A stretch of DNA of 64,000 nucleotides from assembly GCF_046119375.1 (NCBI RefSeq), contig NW_027362767.1, forward strand, positions 207,824,001 to 207,888,000, in the 5' to 3' direction. The translations under genes and the position numbers were made by a program. The notes beneath the pieces are model-generated. The model did not search any database and was not told where the DNA came from. It saw only the letters and a list, made by a program, of their open reading frames with translations. Positions 11,320-23,071 of this stretch are shown here, in pieces. Source of the DNA: Phyllobates terribilis. Its lineage: Eukaryota. Each line of letters opens with the position of its first letter. Position 1 is the stretch's first letter.

Positions 11320-11746
11320 TGTCCCTTCACATGTTTTCTTTGGTGTGAGGTCTGTAATTAGGAGAGGACAGCGGCAGAATAACCATTTCTGCAGACAAGT
11401 GAGATTTTATTACATATATTATATGAAAGGATGTGCATTACATGGTCACAAAGGTTCTTATCGGAAAGATTGAAATAGCGTAAAAGTTCTGGGGTTCTTT
11501 ACCACCTAATAGTGTGAAAGATTTTTCCTGAGTCCTTTACATATTAGGAAAATGATGAGAGAGAACAAAGTAAATTTCTTGCCCTTTCAGCGAGATACCA
11601 AGGTCTCTTTCCCAGGAGATAAGGACGGGGGCTTAGAGACTTGCATCAGAGATCAGTTTGTTGTATAAGTTGGAGGTTATTTTGGGTGTAGGTCTCAGCT
11701 TATAATTACAATGTTTAGTCAAGAGGTTTATAGGTTTATGATTTAA

Positions 11747-12786
11747 AGGGAACCTGTCACTAGGTTTGACCGATATGAGATACAACCTCCACCTTTCAGC
11801 CCTGATATACAGCATTCTATAATACTGTATATAAGCCCCCGATCCGATCTGCAAGAGCAGAAAAAGAGCATTTATTATACTCACCTGGAGGGCGGTGCAG
11901 TCCAAAGGGGCGTCGCTCTTCTTGGTCTGGCACCTCCCATCTTCTTGCAATGCCGTCCTCCTTCTTGTTTCGTGTGGAAGACACATCCCTACGTCATCCA
12001 CACAGTCTCCCCGGCATCGCGCTCCTGTGCAGGCGTACTTCTCAGCAAAGTAGTGTAGTGCGGGAAAGGTCAAAGACCCCCGACACATGCGCACTGCAGT
12101 ACTTTACTCTGCCAGTAGTGTAGTGCGGGAAAGGTCAAAGACCCTCGGCACATGCGCACTGCAGTACTTTACTCTGCCAGTAGTGTAGTGCGGGAAAGGT
12201 CAAAGACCCCCGGCACATGCGCACTGCAGTACTTTACTCTGCCAGTAGTGTAGTGCGGGAAAGGTCAAAGACCCCCGGCACATGCGCACTGCAGTACTTT
12301 ACTCTGCCAGTAGTGTAGTGCGGGAAAGGTCAAAGACCACCGGCACATGCGCACTGCAGTACTTTACTCTGCCAGTAGTGTAGTGCGGGAAAGGTCAAAG
12401 ACCCCCGGCACATGCGCACTGCAGTACTTTACTCTGCCAGTAGTGTAGTGCGTGAAAGGTCAAAGACCCCCGGCACATGCTCACTGCAGTACTTTACTCT
12501 GCCCTGGTCAGGGCAGAGAAGTATGCCTGCACAGGAGCGCGATGCCGGGGACACTGTGTGGATGACGTAGGGACGCATCATCCACACGAAACAAGAAGGA
12601 GGACGGCATTGCAAGAAGATGGGAGGCGTCGGACCGGACCACCCCGCAGGTTAGTATAATAAAAGTTCTTTTTCTTTTCTTGCAGGTCAGATCGAGGCTT
12701 ATATACAGCATTATAGAATGCTGTATATCAGGGCTGAAAGGTGGTGGCCATGTCTCATATTTGTCAAACCTGGTAACAGGTTCGCT
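11747..12786. mobile_element. T2/Kolobok-like MITE with central 65-bp tandem array
   Basis: TTAA-AGGGAACCTGTCACTAGGTTTGAC and GTCAAACCTGGTAACAGGTTCGCT-ATAA ends; long inverted arms. Confidence 0.85.
12049..12503. repeat. 7 x 65-bp tandem repeat
   Basis: Unit AGTAGTGTAGTGCGGGAAAGGTCAAAGACCCCCGGCACATGCGCACTGCAGTACTTTACTCTGCC; near-identical copies with no spacers. Confidence 0.95.
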
Positions 12787-13043
12787 ATAAGCTCTTATTA
12801 GGAAATAAGGAGATCCATGATGCATCGGTAGGAGAATTACTGTTGTGAAAAAAAGTCGTTAGATGTGGAGCAGACATTTCTTCCCATAAGCCAAATGGGT
12901 CTTTGAAGTTAGAATGAAAGTGAGATGGAATAGTACGTGCTGGAGTACGAGGGGAAGGCGTTGGCGCATGGTTTGCTTTAGAGTTGATGGAGTATCAAGA
13001 CTTAAGAGGGGCTTTGGTGCATAAGCTTTTTTGAGCTCTGTAA

Positions 13044-13673
13044 AGAGAACCTGCCACCAGGATCATGGATGCTAAACTAAAGGTATGGGCATAAAGGCGC
13101 TGTTATACTGATTTAACAGATACCTCCAGTGTAGAAATCCACAGCCTGGTTGTTGTTTAATTATCACTAGAAGTTTGAGTTTCCTAAGCTTTGTGCATCG
13201 GGGTGGGACTGTGAGGCAGGACTGTAGGTAGGGTCTTCAGCTCTGTCACAGTTCCCCTGCTGCCTCTGGTGTCCATATCTTCCTACTGTTATAATTGTTG
13301 CGGTGCTTGCCCGCATTGATCTCACAGTGGTCTTCAGGAAAATGGCGCCAGTGTCGGTGCATGTGCAGATTTAGATCTCGGCTCCATGACAAGCCAAGAT
13401 CTCAATCTGCACAAGTGCTGCCCATGGTTGGGACGATACTTGCACGAAATTTAAAACAGTAAGAAGATATGGACACCAGAGGCAGCGTGGGGGCCGGGGG
13501 AGAGCCGAACTTAAAGTCCCACCCCGATGTACCAAGCTTAGGAAATCCAACTTTCCAATGATTAAACAGCCAGGCTGCAGATTCCTACTCTGAAGGATAA
13601 GGAATCTCGGATAAGAGCGCCTTTATGCTCATACCTTTAGTATAACATGCATGATCCTGGTAACAATCTTCAC
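13044..13673. mobile_element. T2/Kolobok-like MITE
   Basis: Inverted arms CCAGGATCATG..CTAAAGGTATGGGCATAAAGGCGCT and AGCGCCTTTATGCTCATACCTTTAG..CATGATCCTGG; (G/T)TAA flanks. Confidence 0.75.
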
Positions 13674-13897
13674 TTAAAGAGAATCTGTGTCCACAAGAAG
13701 TGATGGTTTTCATGGCCTTAACAATAAAGCTCTACTTATTTCTACAGAGATGTCGAAGATCTATCTCCTAAGTTTAGCCATCTATTCAGAAAAATACCAT
13801 TATACTTCACTTGTACTTTATATCGGGGAGGGCTAACCCTCCATTAGATATGGTTAGTAGCCGACAAGCTAGTCCAGGAGGTTTAGAGTGCCATAAA

Positions 13898-14183
13898 GGC
13901 CCCCATACACATTAGACTAATGTCTGCTCAACTCGCCGATATTGACGTGTAATTGTCTAATGTGTATGGGGGCGCAGGCTGACTGATGGTCGGGAGAGAT
14001 GTCAACCAGACATGTCTGATTTCGGACTGCCGATCGCATTGTTCTAATTAAGATAAGCTGTCGGCTGACGTGTCAGTCTGCGGATTTCTCAAAGAGAACA
14101 TAGGTGCACCGGACTGAACGAGCAGTCGACCGAGGGAGCTCTGAAACATCGTTCGGCCAACAGCCATCTAATGTGTACGGCCA
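13898..14183. mobile_element. PIF/Harbinger-like MITE
   Basis: GGCCCCCATACACATTAGA and TCTAATGTGTACGGCC inverted ends. Confidence 0.55.
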
Positions 14184-14331
14184 GTGCGTTAGAAAAGCTT
14201 CTTAACTTGTTTAAAGAGAGACAAACATCTGCTCGTTGGTATGGAGTGCCATATGAGCCAGACGGAGGCTGAAAGAACACACTTTTGGCCTCCGTCTGGT
14301 GAATGGTTGCCGAAGGCAAAGTAACAGTATA

Positions 14332-14540
14332 CAGTGGGTAAGGAAAGTATTCAGACCCCTTTACATTTTTCACTCTTTGGTTCATTGCAGCCATTTGGTA
14401 AATTCTAAAAAGTTCATTTTTTCCTCATTAAAGTACACTCTGCACCCCATCTTGACTGAAAAAACAGAAATGTAGAAATTTTTGCAAATTTATTAAAAAA
14501 GAAAAACTGAAATATCACATGGTCATAAGTATTCAGACCC
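14332..14540 (+). mobile_element. Isolated left IR/DR terminal repeat of a Tc1 element
   Basis: TA|CAGTGGGTAAGGAAAGTATTCAGACCC with the inner direct repeat AAGTATTCAGACCC ending at 14540. Confidence 0.75.
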
Positions 14541-15137
14541 ACCCACGCTCCAACAGTGCAGAGGGAATCCCCCCCCCCCACCTCCTGACTGCCCAGCCAG
14601 GGGTCACATTGTCATCTCCAATGACTTTTGCACCCCAGTCGCAGACGTGCAGACTAGGCGACGGTGTAGTTTTTAGTGTGCTGCATTGATCTCTCGTTAT
14701 TGCAGTCTGTGACTCCTCTGTTGTGTCTTCTGTGCCTGCTGTTGCTACTGCTGCTGATGGTACTAACAATCTTTTGAAATGTGGAGACTCCAAGTTGGGT
14801 CTCCATGTGGTGGGTTGCCTGAATTTGGCAGGGCTTACGCCTGTCACTCATCCACCCGTTACTGATCAATGTGTAAGCTAGAAATGTTTCTCCAAGCCCT
14901 GTCCCATTCATCCATGCTGCGCAAGTATACTATTTGTACTCTGGGTCAATTTATGCCACTTTTCCTTGTGTCTGCCCATAATTTGAGCTATTTTGGCAGC
15001 TTTTGGTCCCCCCCTGAAGGTGTTGTCTATGCGTTTGGTTTTGCCTCCCATTGAATTCAATGGGGTTCGGATATGTTCGGCAAACATCGGGAGGTTCACC
15101 GATCCGAACCAAACCTTGAAATGTTCGCTCATCTCTA
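14541..15137. mobile_element. hAT-like remnant with one terminal repeat
   Basis: Ends GTTCGCTCATCTCTA, the same TIR type as at 17327 and 21179; CCATTGAATTCAATGG palindrome. Confidence 0.45.
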
Positions 15138-16105
15138 GTCTGGAACACCTAGTCTACAGTATAGGTCTGGGACATCTAGCCTACAGCATACGTCAGGAGC
15201 TTTTTTTCCACCATTTACTGTAACAACACCATAGTCAACCATTCTCCAGACAAAAGCTGAAAGTAGGTCCTTTCGGCCTCCATCTGGTTGGTGGTAGGTG
15301 ACTGCATTCCAATTGTTTACCTACATAGGAAAGCGCAGCAGTCTGTGAACCGAGCCTTATTGCCAAAGTTTTTTTGTGCCATTAATAAAGGTACGTTCAG
15401 ATATTCTTTTACTTTCAAGAAGGAAGACACACTTGTTTCACTTGTCACCGCGTGCGTAGAACTTTTGTTTGGCGAGAAGATAAGCTTCAGCTGAGTTGAC
15501 ATTCCAGAGATCTTGTAGTTAGTTCTGGAGATGAGTTATGTGGGCAGCCAGGGCTAAGCTGGTGTTAGATATCTTCTGAATGCGCTCTAGTGGCGGCTAT
15601 CTGACGTAGTCATGTGTACACCTCCTTTGTGCTCGGTTTCTTCAGGTGGGAGCCCGTAGCTTTAGACGTCCTTCTCATTGTTGCCCTATGTGCTTTCAAA
15701 ACAATAGAGGGAATAATGGGAGGAACACACTCTTGGAAGAATACTGACCTGGAATTATTGTTTAATAAGGGTTTCATTTAAGTGCCATTAGACTTCTTTT
15801 TGGTGGGAATTTAATAAATTTGTTAATCAATAGACATGGGAGCATGAACTGAGATCCTAATATACATACGAGGATTTATGGGCTTTAGATAACATATTGC
15901 AAGTGGTAAATAAATAGCCGAGTTACTGATAGGAGGAGTGCACTTTGGAATAATAGGAATAGTCTTTGCCAGAAAGGTTTTGCAACCTCCACACATCAAA
16001 AAGATCTAAGTCAGCGAGGTCTCACTTAATTTTTCTGACAGATCAAAAAGATAAAGCAGATTTCCCTTGAGAATAAACAAGAAGAGAGTCTAACGTTGCA
16101 TTTAA

Positions 16106-16552
16106 AGGGAACCTGTCATTTCTCCAAACCTTGTTAGCCTGCAGATATGGTGTTAATCTGGAGGTTAATAGCGTTACAGTGCTGTCCAGATGAGTTAGTA
16201 AAAACACAGCTACGGTGAAAAAATGAACTTCATTCCTCCTGGGAGCCGCCAGCTTTCAGTCATAGAGGTGCGGCCAGAGTGGCTACAATCATCGCTCAGT
16301 ACACAGTAAGCAGCAGCTTTAAGCACATCCTGGCATATTGATTCACAGCAGAGCTGTACTGTACCCCGAGCTGTCAATCAAAGGGCTGGGGCGTGTGCAC
16401 TGTGTACTGAGCGATGACTGTAGCTGCATCGGGCACGCCACTATGTCTGAAAGCCGGAGGTTCCAGGAGGAATAAAGTTCATTTTCTCCTCGTAGCCGCA
16501 CTTTCAGCAAGGCGGCTGGACAGCATTGTAATGCGATTAACCTGCAGATTAC
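16106..16552. mobile_element. Truncated T2/Kolobok-like MITE
   Basis: TTAA-AGGGAACCTGTCA left end and inverted arms; right end lost. Confidence 0.65.
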
Positions 16553-17265
16553 AGTAGTGTGACCAAGTTGTCAAGCACTTTCCAAGTGATGCTAAAATCG
16601 CTTGGAAAGCACATGTCAATCCGCATGCGGAAATGCATGTGAAGAACGCTTCACATCCGCATGTCCCTGGCAGAAAAACGCATGTACAATCTGCATGTAC
16701 AATCCGCATGTACAATCCGCATACACAATCCACATGTACAATCCACATGTACAATCCACATGTACAATCCGCATATACAATCCACATGTACAATCCTCAT
16801 GTACAATCCACATGTACAATCCACATGTACAATCCGCATGTACAATCCACATGTACAATCCTCATGTACAATCCACATGTACAATCCGCATGTACAATCC
16901 ACATGTACAATCCGCATGTACAATCCACATGTACAATCCACATGTACAATCCACATGTACAATCCGCATGTACAATCCACATGTACAATCCACATGTACA
17001 ATCCGCATGTACAATCCGCATGTACAATCCGCATGTACAATCCACATGTACAATCCACATGTACAATCCACATGTACAATCCACATGTACAATCCGCATG
17101 TACAATCCACATGTACAATCCTCATGTACAATCCACATGTACAATCCGCATGTACAATCCACATGTACAATCCTCATGTACAATCCTCATGCGTTTTTTC
17201 TGCCAGGGAGATGCAGAAACACTCAGGAAAAATCCGGAGCATTTCTGCATCGTGGGCACTTAGCC
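16553..17265 (-). mobile_element. Family H Harbinger-like MITE (one end) with expanded 13-bp minisatellite
   Basis: Reverse complement of 9187-9430; TIR GCATCGTGGGCACTTAGCC|TAA. Confidence 0.85.
16681..17190. repeat. ~39 x 13-bp minisatellite CATGTACAATCC(A/G/T)
   Basis: Direct reading; source of the HMYNPHVQSTCT ORFs. Confidence 0.97.
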
Positions 17266-17326
17266 TAAAGGTTACAGATTGTAATAGGCATGTTGGGCAG
17301 TGCCCCTTTAACAAAAATATAACTAT

Positions 17327-17637
17327 TAGTGATGAGTGAGTGTGTTTATTTAACCTTTTAACCAAGCATGCTCGGGTGCTTATCGAGTATCTTTGGCATG
17401 CTCGTATGCTATGTTCGAGTCCCTGCGTCTGCATGATTTATTGCTGTTACTCAGCCTAAACGCATGCAGGGATTGCCTATTTGTTAGGGAATTCTCACAT
17501 ATCTTCAGGCTGTCTTACAGCAATAAATCATGCAGATGCAGGGACTCGAACATAATATACAAGCATGCCGAATATACTCGGTAAGCACCTGAGCATGCTC
17601 GGTTAAAGGGTTAAATGAGCACACTCGCTCATCACTA
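17327..17637. mobile_element. hAT MITE
   Basis: TIR TAGTGATGAG / CTCATCACTA; 8-bp TSD ATAACTAT/ATGACTAT. Confidence 0.85.
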
Positions 17638-17756
17638 ATGACTATCATATGACCCCTACAGTGTCTGTCTCAAAACGGTATTATGAATGGCAACACTTAG
17701 ACTACACTACACATGTCCAGTAATCATCAGTTAGAACGGCAGCAGCAATCAGTTAA

Positions 17757-19095
17757 AGGGAACCTGTCACGTCATTTGTATCATGTAAACTGCCCCCAGG
17801 TTGTTGTTAGTGATGCAATGTGCATCACTGACACACTTTTTTCAGGAAAATTGACGCTATAATCATTTTCAAAAAGCACTTTATATACTTATATCTTACT
17901 TGCTCGTTTAGTCATAGGGCTGTTCTTCACTGCATTCAGTCATGGTGTTCTCCGCCCACTCAATTTGAATTACGTCACATGAATATTCGCGTCCAAATTC
18001 AGAATCCGCGCTTGCGCAATGTATATTTTGAAGCCGCACTTGTGCATTGTCCAAGTGCATACGCATGCATGCGCAGTGAAGCTGTGTTTAGTTCCCAGCA
18101 TCTGACTGTGTGCGCATGCGTTCCCAATTGCGTGCAGTGCTCATAGACTTGACATGCAGCGGCTCTGGCGCATGCACTCACAGTCAGTGAAGCTGGGAAC
18201 TAAACACAGCTTCACTGCGCACGTGCGGGGAGCCGCTCATCATGGCGCATGTGAGGTACGCCGATGGACATTGCGTAAGCACGGCTTCAAAATACACATT
18301 GCGCAAGTGCGGATACTGGCACACACTGCGCAAGCGCGGCTCACACAACACACTGAAGACTGAGAGGAGACTTAATAGCTGTCTACAAATATGTCAAGGG
18401 CTGTCACATTGTAGAAGGATCATCTTTATTCTCATTTGCACAAGGAAAGACTAGAAGCAATGGGATGAAACTAAATGGGAGGAGACACAGATTAGATATT
18501 AGAAAAAACTTTTTGACAGTTAGGGTGATTAATGAGTGGAACAGGCTGCCACGAGAGGTGGTGAGTTCCCCTTCAATGGACGTCTTCAAACAGAGGCTGG
18601 ACAGACATCTGTCTGAGATGATCTAGTGAATCCTGCTTTGAGCAGGGGGTTGGACCAGATGACCCAGGAGGTCCCTTCCAACTCTACCATTCTATGATTC
18701 TATGATTCTACTGCGCAAGCGCGGCTCACACAACACACTGCGCAAGCGCGACTCACACAACACACTGCGCAAGCGCGGCTCACACAACACACTGCGCAAG
18801 CGCGGCTCACACAACACACTGCGCAAGCTAGGAATTTCGACGCAAATATTCAAGTGATGTCGCCGCAAACCCGGGGACATAATTTAAATTGAGTGGGCGG
18901 CAACCACCATGACTGAATGCAGTGAAGAGCAGCCCTATGACTAAACGAGCAAGTAAGATATATCCATAAAAAGTGTTTTTTGCAAATGATTATAGCTCTG
19001 ATTTTCATGAAAAAAGCATGCTAGTGATGCTCATTGCATCACTGACGACAACCTGGGGACAGTTTTCATTATGCAAATGACTTGACGGGTTCCCT
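17757..19095. mobile_element. T2/Kolobok-like MITE with 27-bp internal repeats
   Basis: TTAA|AGGGAACCTGTCA ... TGACGGGTTCCCT|TTAA; repeat unit CACACAACACACTGCGCAAGCGCGGCT. Confidence 0.85.
18356..18710 (+). mobile_element. CR1 LINE 3' end (5'-truncated)
   Basis: Open frame RGDLIAVYKYVKG..RLDIRKNFLTVRVINEWNRLPREVVSSPSMDVFKQRLDRHL*, followed by the (ATTCTATG)n tail diagnostic of CR1. Confidence 0.95.
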
Positions 19096-19269
19096 TTAAC
19101 AAAAAGTTGTGCAGACACAACTTTTTTTTGTCCAGCTAAGAAAAACTGATTTCAACTGGATCCTTTTTTTTTTTTAACATTGAAGTCTAAGGAAAAAGGA
19201 TCCGTTAAATAGTCATCAGTTTTTCTTTCAAAAGTGATCCAGTAAGCAAAAAAACGGATCCTTTTCAAA

Positions 19270-19910
19270 CTCTCGCACCCCTCCAATCTATCCTAAACTC
19301 TGCTGCCCGACTAATCCACCTGTCCCCCCGCTATTCCCCGGCCTCTCCTCTCTGTCAATCTCTTCACTGGCTCCCCATTGCCCAGAGACTCCAGTTCAAA
19401 ACCCTTACCACAGCATACAAAGCCAACCACAACCTGTCTCCTCCATACATCTGTGACCTAGGCTCCCAGTACTTACCTGCACGCAACCTCCGATCCTCAC
19501 AAGATCTCCTGCTCTACTCCCCTCTTATCTCCTCCTCCCACAATCGCATACAAGATTTCTCCCGTGCATCCCCCCTACTCTGGAACTCTCTACCCCAACA
19601 CATCAGACTCTCGCCTACCGTGAAAAACTTCAAAAGGAGCCTGAAGACCCACCTCTTCCGACAAGCCTACAACCTGCAGTAACCACCGCTCCACCATACC
19701 GCTGCACGACCAGCTCTACCCTCACCTACTGTATCCTCACCCATCCCTTGTAGATTGTGAGCCCTCGCGGGCAGGGTCCTCGCTCCTCCTGTACCAGTCG
19801 CCGACTCGTTTTTGTTCAAATTATTCTACTTGTTGTTTGCTATGTATATCCCCTTTTAAACATGTAAAGCACCATGGAATTAATGGCGCTATAATAATAA
19901 ATAATAATAA
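19270..19910 (+). mobile_element. L2 LINE 3' end (5'-truncated)
   Basis: Open frame LQSILNSAARLIHLS..LHWLPIAQRLQFK..DFSRASPLLWNSLP..FKRSLKTHLF*, 3'UTR TAGATTGTGAGCCC..GGGCAGGG, (AAT)n tail. Confidence 0.92.
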
Positions 19911-22051
19911 TGAAACAAAAACTGTCTATTTAATCTTTTTCCATAGATTTCAATGTTAAAAAAAAACCTAATACAGTTCAAATCAGCTTTTTAGCTGGAT
20001 AAAAAAAGTTGTGTCCGCACAACTTTTTTATTACCTGATTGCTGCTGGATCCGTTCTAACTGACGATTACTGGACATGTGAACATGGCCTAACTCCTTTC
20101 GAGTTGAAGTTGGTGAAAGCTGTGGTGTCATTTAGAGTATTTTAAGTTGGATAGATTGGGTAACTGACATCTTCAAATTGGGTTTCTTGGAACAGGATGA
20201 TTGCAGGGTTATTCTTACTTAATAAGGAAAGATAACTTGCCTGTATTTGTTAAAATAATTTAGTCCTTTTATCATTAAATGATCTGTTCTATACAGCAGT
20301 ATGTTTAGTTTGAGAAAAGCCTTGATGTCTGTGGAGGAGGGAAGGCTAAAACCAATATGTACAAATCACATAGTGATAAAACCTTTAGTATAAACATTGT
20401 AAGATTAACATCATAAGAAAATAGAAGCTATAATGCAAGGCCAGCGCCCAATCTGGGCAAGCCAGGGGGTTGTGTTCATCGACTGTGTGGCAACATCCGC
20501 ACATGACAAGGGATGAATATGTAATGAATCAAAACTAAACTTTCAAAGGTTTGCGAAAATAATAGGTATTGAGGGATCTGAACATGTAAAGCCTAATTCA
20601 TTGAAATAAACAATTCACTGAATTGCATGAAATTTGGTGGTGAAAATGAAAAATTACTGTAATGGTAATATCTGCTGTACACCAGTGCTCTGCAGACCAT
20701 ATATTGTGTACTGTACAGGTTCTCACCAGTGCATTCTTGCTGATTGTAGACATTAATTTTCCCTTTTCTTTTTCATAGACCGCTATGACCCCTTCTTCCA
20801 TCCATAACTCGTCCCTGCAAAATGTAACACCGAGACATGTTTGGCTTACTGCCTTCAAACCCCCTCCTCACATTCTTCCACCTCTACACAAACCATATAG
20901 CAGTATAACCAATGCCCTAGACAGTAATAATGCCTCACTGTGCCCTACAGAGTAATATTGCTCTCCTTTTGTGGCCCACATAATAGCAGTGCTCCCTCCA
21001 TGCCTCTACACCGTAATGATGTTCCCTCTGTACATAGTACAGTACATAGTAACAATCCTCCCCTGTGCCTCCTTACAGTTATATATCATCATTACAATAA
21101 TAATCCCCCTTGACCGTTCATAATAATGACCACGAACCCACATGTAGTACAAACTCCCCGATGCATTATTATAATAATTAGTGATGAGCGAGCATGCTCG
21201 CTACTTCTCGGTGCTTGCCTGAGCATCTCACTGCTCGAGATGCTCGCCGAATATTTCCGGGGTTGCTCGGCGGGAGCTCGGGTCTCCTCCCTGCATGTTT
21301 GGCACTCTTTACAGAGCCAATCAACATGCAGGGATTGTCTACCACACACTGTAATGTCGTAGCCATGTTGGTTGTGGCATTACAGTGATTGGCTGGCCGC
21401 ACAGCGTCATCAGGTCTATATCAGACCTGGCGCAGCCATGCTCGTCACAGTCACTCCAGAATCAGACAGTGTAGGGAGAGCTGCTGCTGAGCTAGGGAGG
21501 GATTTGCTTGTTTCTAGTTAGTGTAGGTGTACCAAACTATATAAGAGACACATATTATCCATCTCAACAAACAGTCCTTCTGAGGACTATTCCATCTGCA
21601 GAGATATCAGTGCTAGGCAGACAGGGTATATAGGCGGAAAGGCAGGGAGTGTATGTGGCAGACTGCAGTGCACATAGCAAGAGGACCCATTCCAGTTCTG
21701 TCTGCTGGTGCTTTTGAGGTCGGCACTGTTAAAAATAGTTACCTACTGTGGTTTGTCCGTCACACAGTTCACATATAAGTTCGCTCCAAATTCAGCCATT
21801 TGCAGTGAGCGTGGAAGATATTGTCCTCCATTTAAAATGGGCAAGGCACGTGGCAAGGCATGGGGAACTGGACGTGATGGTTATGGTGCATGCAGAGGCC
21901 GAGGCTGTGGGCAAGCTGAAATTGTGCCACAACAAACACCCACATCTTCTCGCTCGACCTTCCTGTCCCAATTAAGAGGGGACGGCAGCACACCACTATT
22001 GAACACAGAGCAGTGTGAAAAGGTTATTGGTTGGATAGCAGATAATGCTTC

Positions 22052-23071
22052 TGTGTCACCCTGGCCTGGATGCCACAAATATAATAAAGCTGTGTCTGAG
22101 AGCAAGGGGGAGGTCCTCTAGTCAAGGACCATTAGCATGCAGCACCTCCTGTCCCAGACCAGTAGGGGGAGCAGGCTGCCCCTATAAAAGCTGGAGCTGG
22201 GGGCAGGGTTAGGGAGAACTGGACAACCTGTCTCTGGATTGAGAGGTGTCCCAGAGCAGGGACAGACAGTTGTGTTGCAGCCTAAGAGGACGTGTGGCAG
22301 TAGGAGAGCCACGAGCCAGGGACAAAAGGCGAAGTGAGCCTGTCCTGGCAGATAAAGAAACTAATCTACCAGACTTTGGTGTCTGAGGCTGGGAGGATTC
22401 CAGGTCCTACAGCAGATAACCAGTCCGCAGGGGACTGTATGTTCCTTGGCCTAAGAAGCACGGAGGCTCCGCCACAGCAGAAGGGACCAGCAAAGCCGTA
22501 CCAGGCCGGGAGTAGAAAGGGACCCAAGTTGCAAGCCATACGGGCGAGAGGACACGGTGAGTTCGGGAACGTGGGCTGTTACACTACAAGGAGGGAACTA
22601 GCCAGAAGGAGCACAGAGAGCACGGTAGGCCTACACCCTCACCCTGACCAGGGCCGGCTTCCCACTTGTTCTCAGACATCCAGGCCCCCTCCTAGCCAGG
22701 CCTGTTTCTGGGTCATATTACCTGTTCTAATAAAGACCCTGAACTGTTTAAGAGGCCTCCGTATCCTGGCTATCGCGGTCGGAATCGTCCCCTCCATCAT
22801 CCATCATATATACTGCCCTGGGGCCATACTCCTCCCGTGGGGAGTTGTACTATTCAGTGCTGCACATTTACATCAGCCCCAGCGGTCTGCAATGCAGAGG
22901 CGGTTAGCCCTGACCGCAATCCAAGGGTGGCGTAGTCGGACATTACCTACAGCACATCGTAGACTACCACTGGTCTGATCACCCTGAGCCACGGAACCGG
23001 GTCGCCACCTCTACTCCCAGCATTGCCCTGAAGCCCGGTTCCGAGTGCCCCACGGCCCAGGGGGCGAGTCA
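22052..23071 (+). mobile_element. LTR-like element (family A relative) in hAT transposase
   Basis: TG...CA; perfect 4-bp TSD CTTC; removal restores DNAS|SHLAT. Confidence 0.88.

Larger units (their letters stand above)
11330..16040 (-). pseudogene. Ancient L1-clade ORF2 broken into pieces (~15200-16040, 13680-13895, 12795-13040, 11330-11740)
   Basis: Manual minus-strand translation gives: endonuclease end DLFDVWRLQN..YSYYSKVHSSY..YLF and HAP; AHRATMR; AKQKFYARGDK; LWHSKPP..GGLALPDI; SWERDLGISL. These are in the colinear order of L1 ORF2. Confidence 0.7.
17700..20090. mobile_element. Outer Harbinger-like MITE hosting a T2-MITE (which holds a CR1) and an L2
   Basis: CATGTCCAGTAATCATCAGTTAGAACGG..GCAGCAATCAG at 17712-17752 is inverted at 20036-20078; right end GTGAACATGGCC|TAA. 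Confidence 0.65.

Noticed and set aside
12049-12503. CRISPR-like appearance of regular repeats
   Set aside because: Head-to-tail units with no unique spacers, inside a eukaryotic MITE, with no cas genes.
16479-17339. His/Cys-rich ORFs suggesting a metal-binding protein
   Set aside because: Translation of a 13-bp minisatellite in every frame.
20757-20806. Plus-strand acceptor followed by DRYDPFFHP*
   Set aside because: No upstream partner exon found and the peptide is not recognised; a pyrimidine tract can arise by chance.
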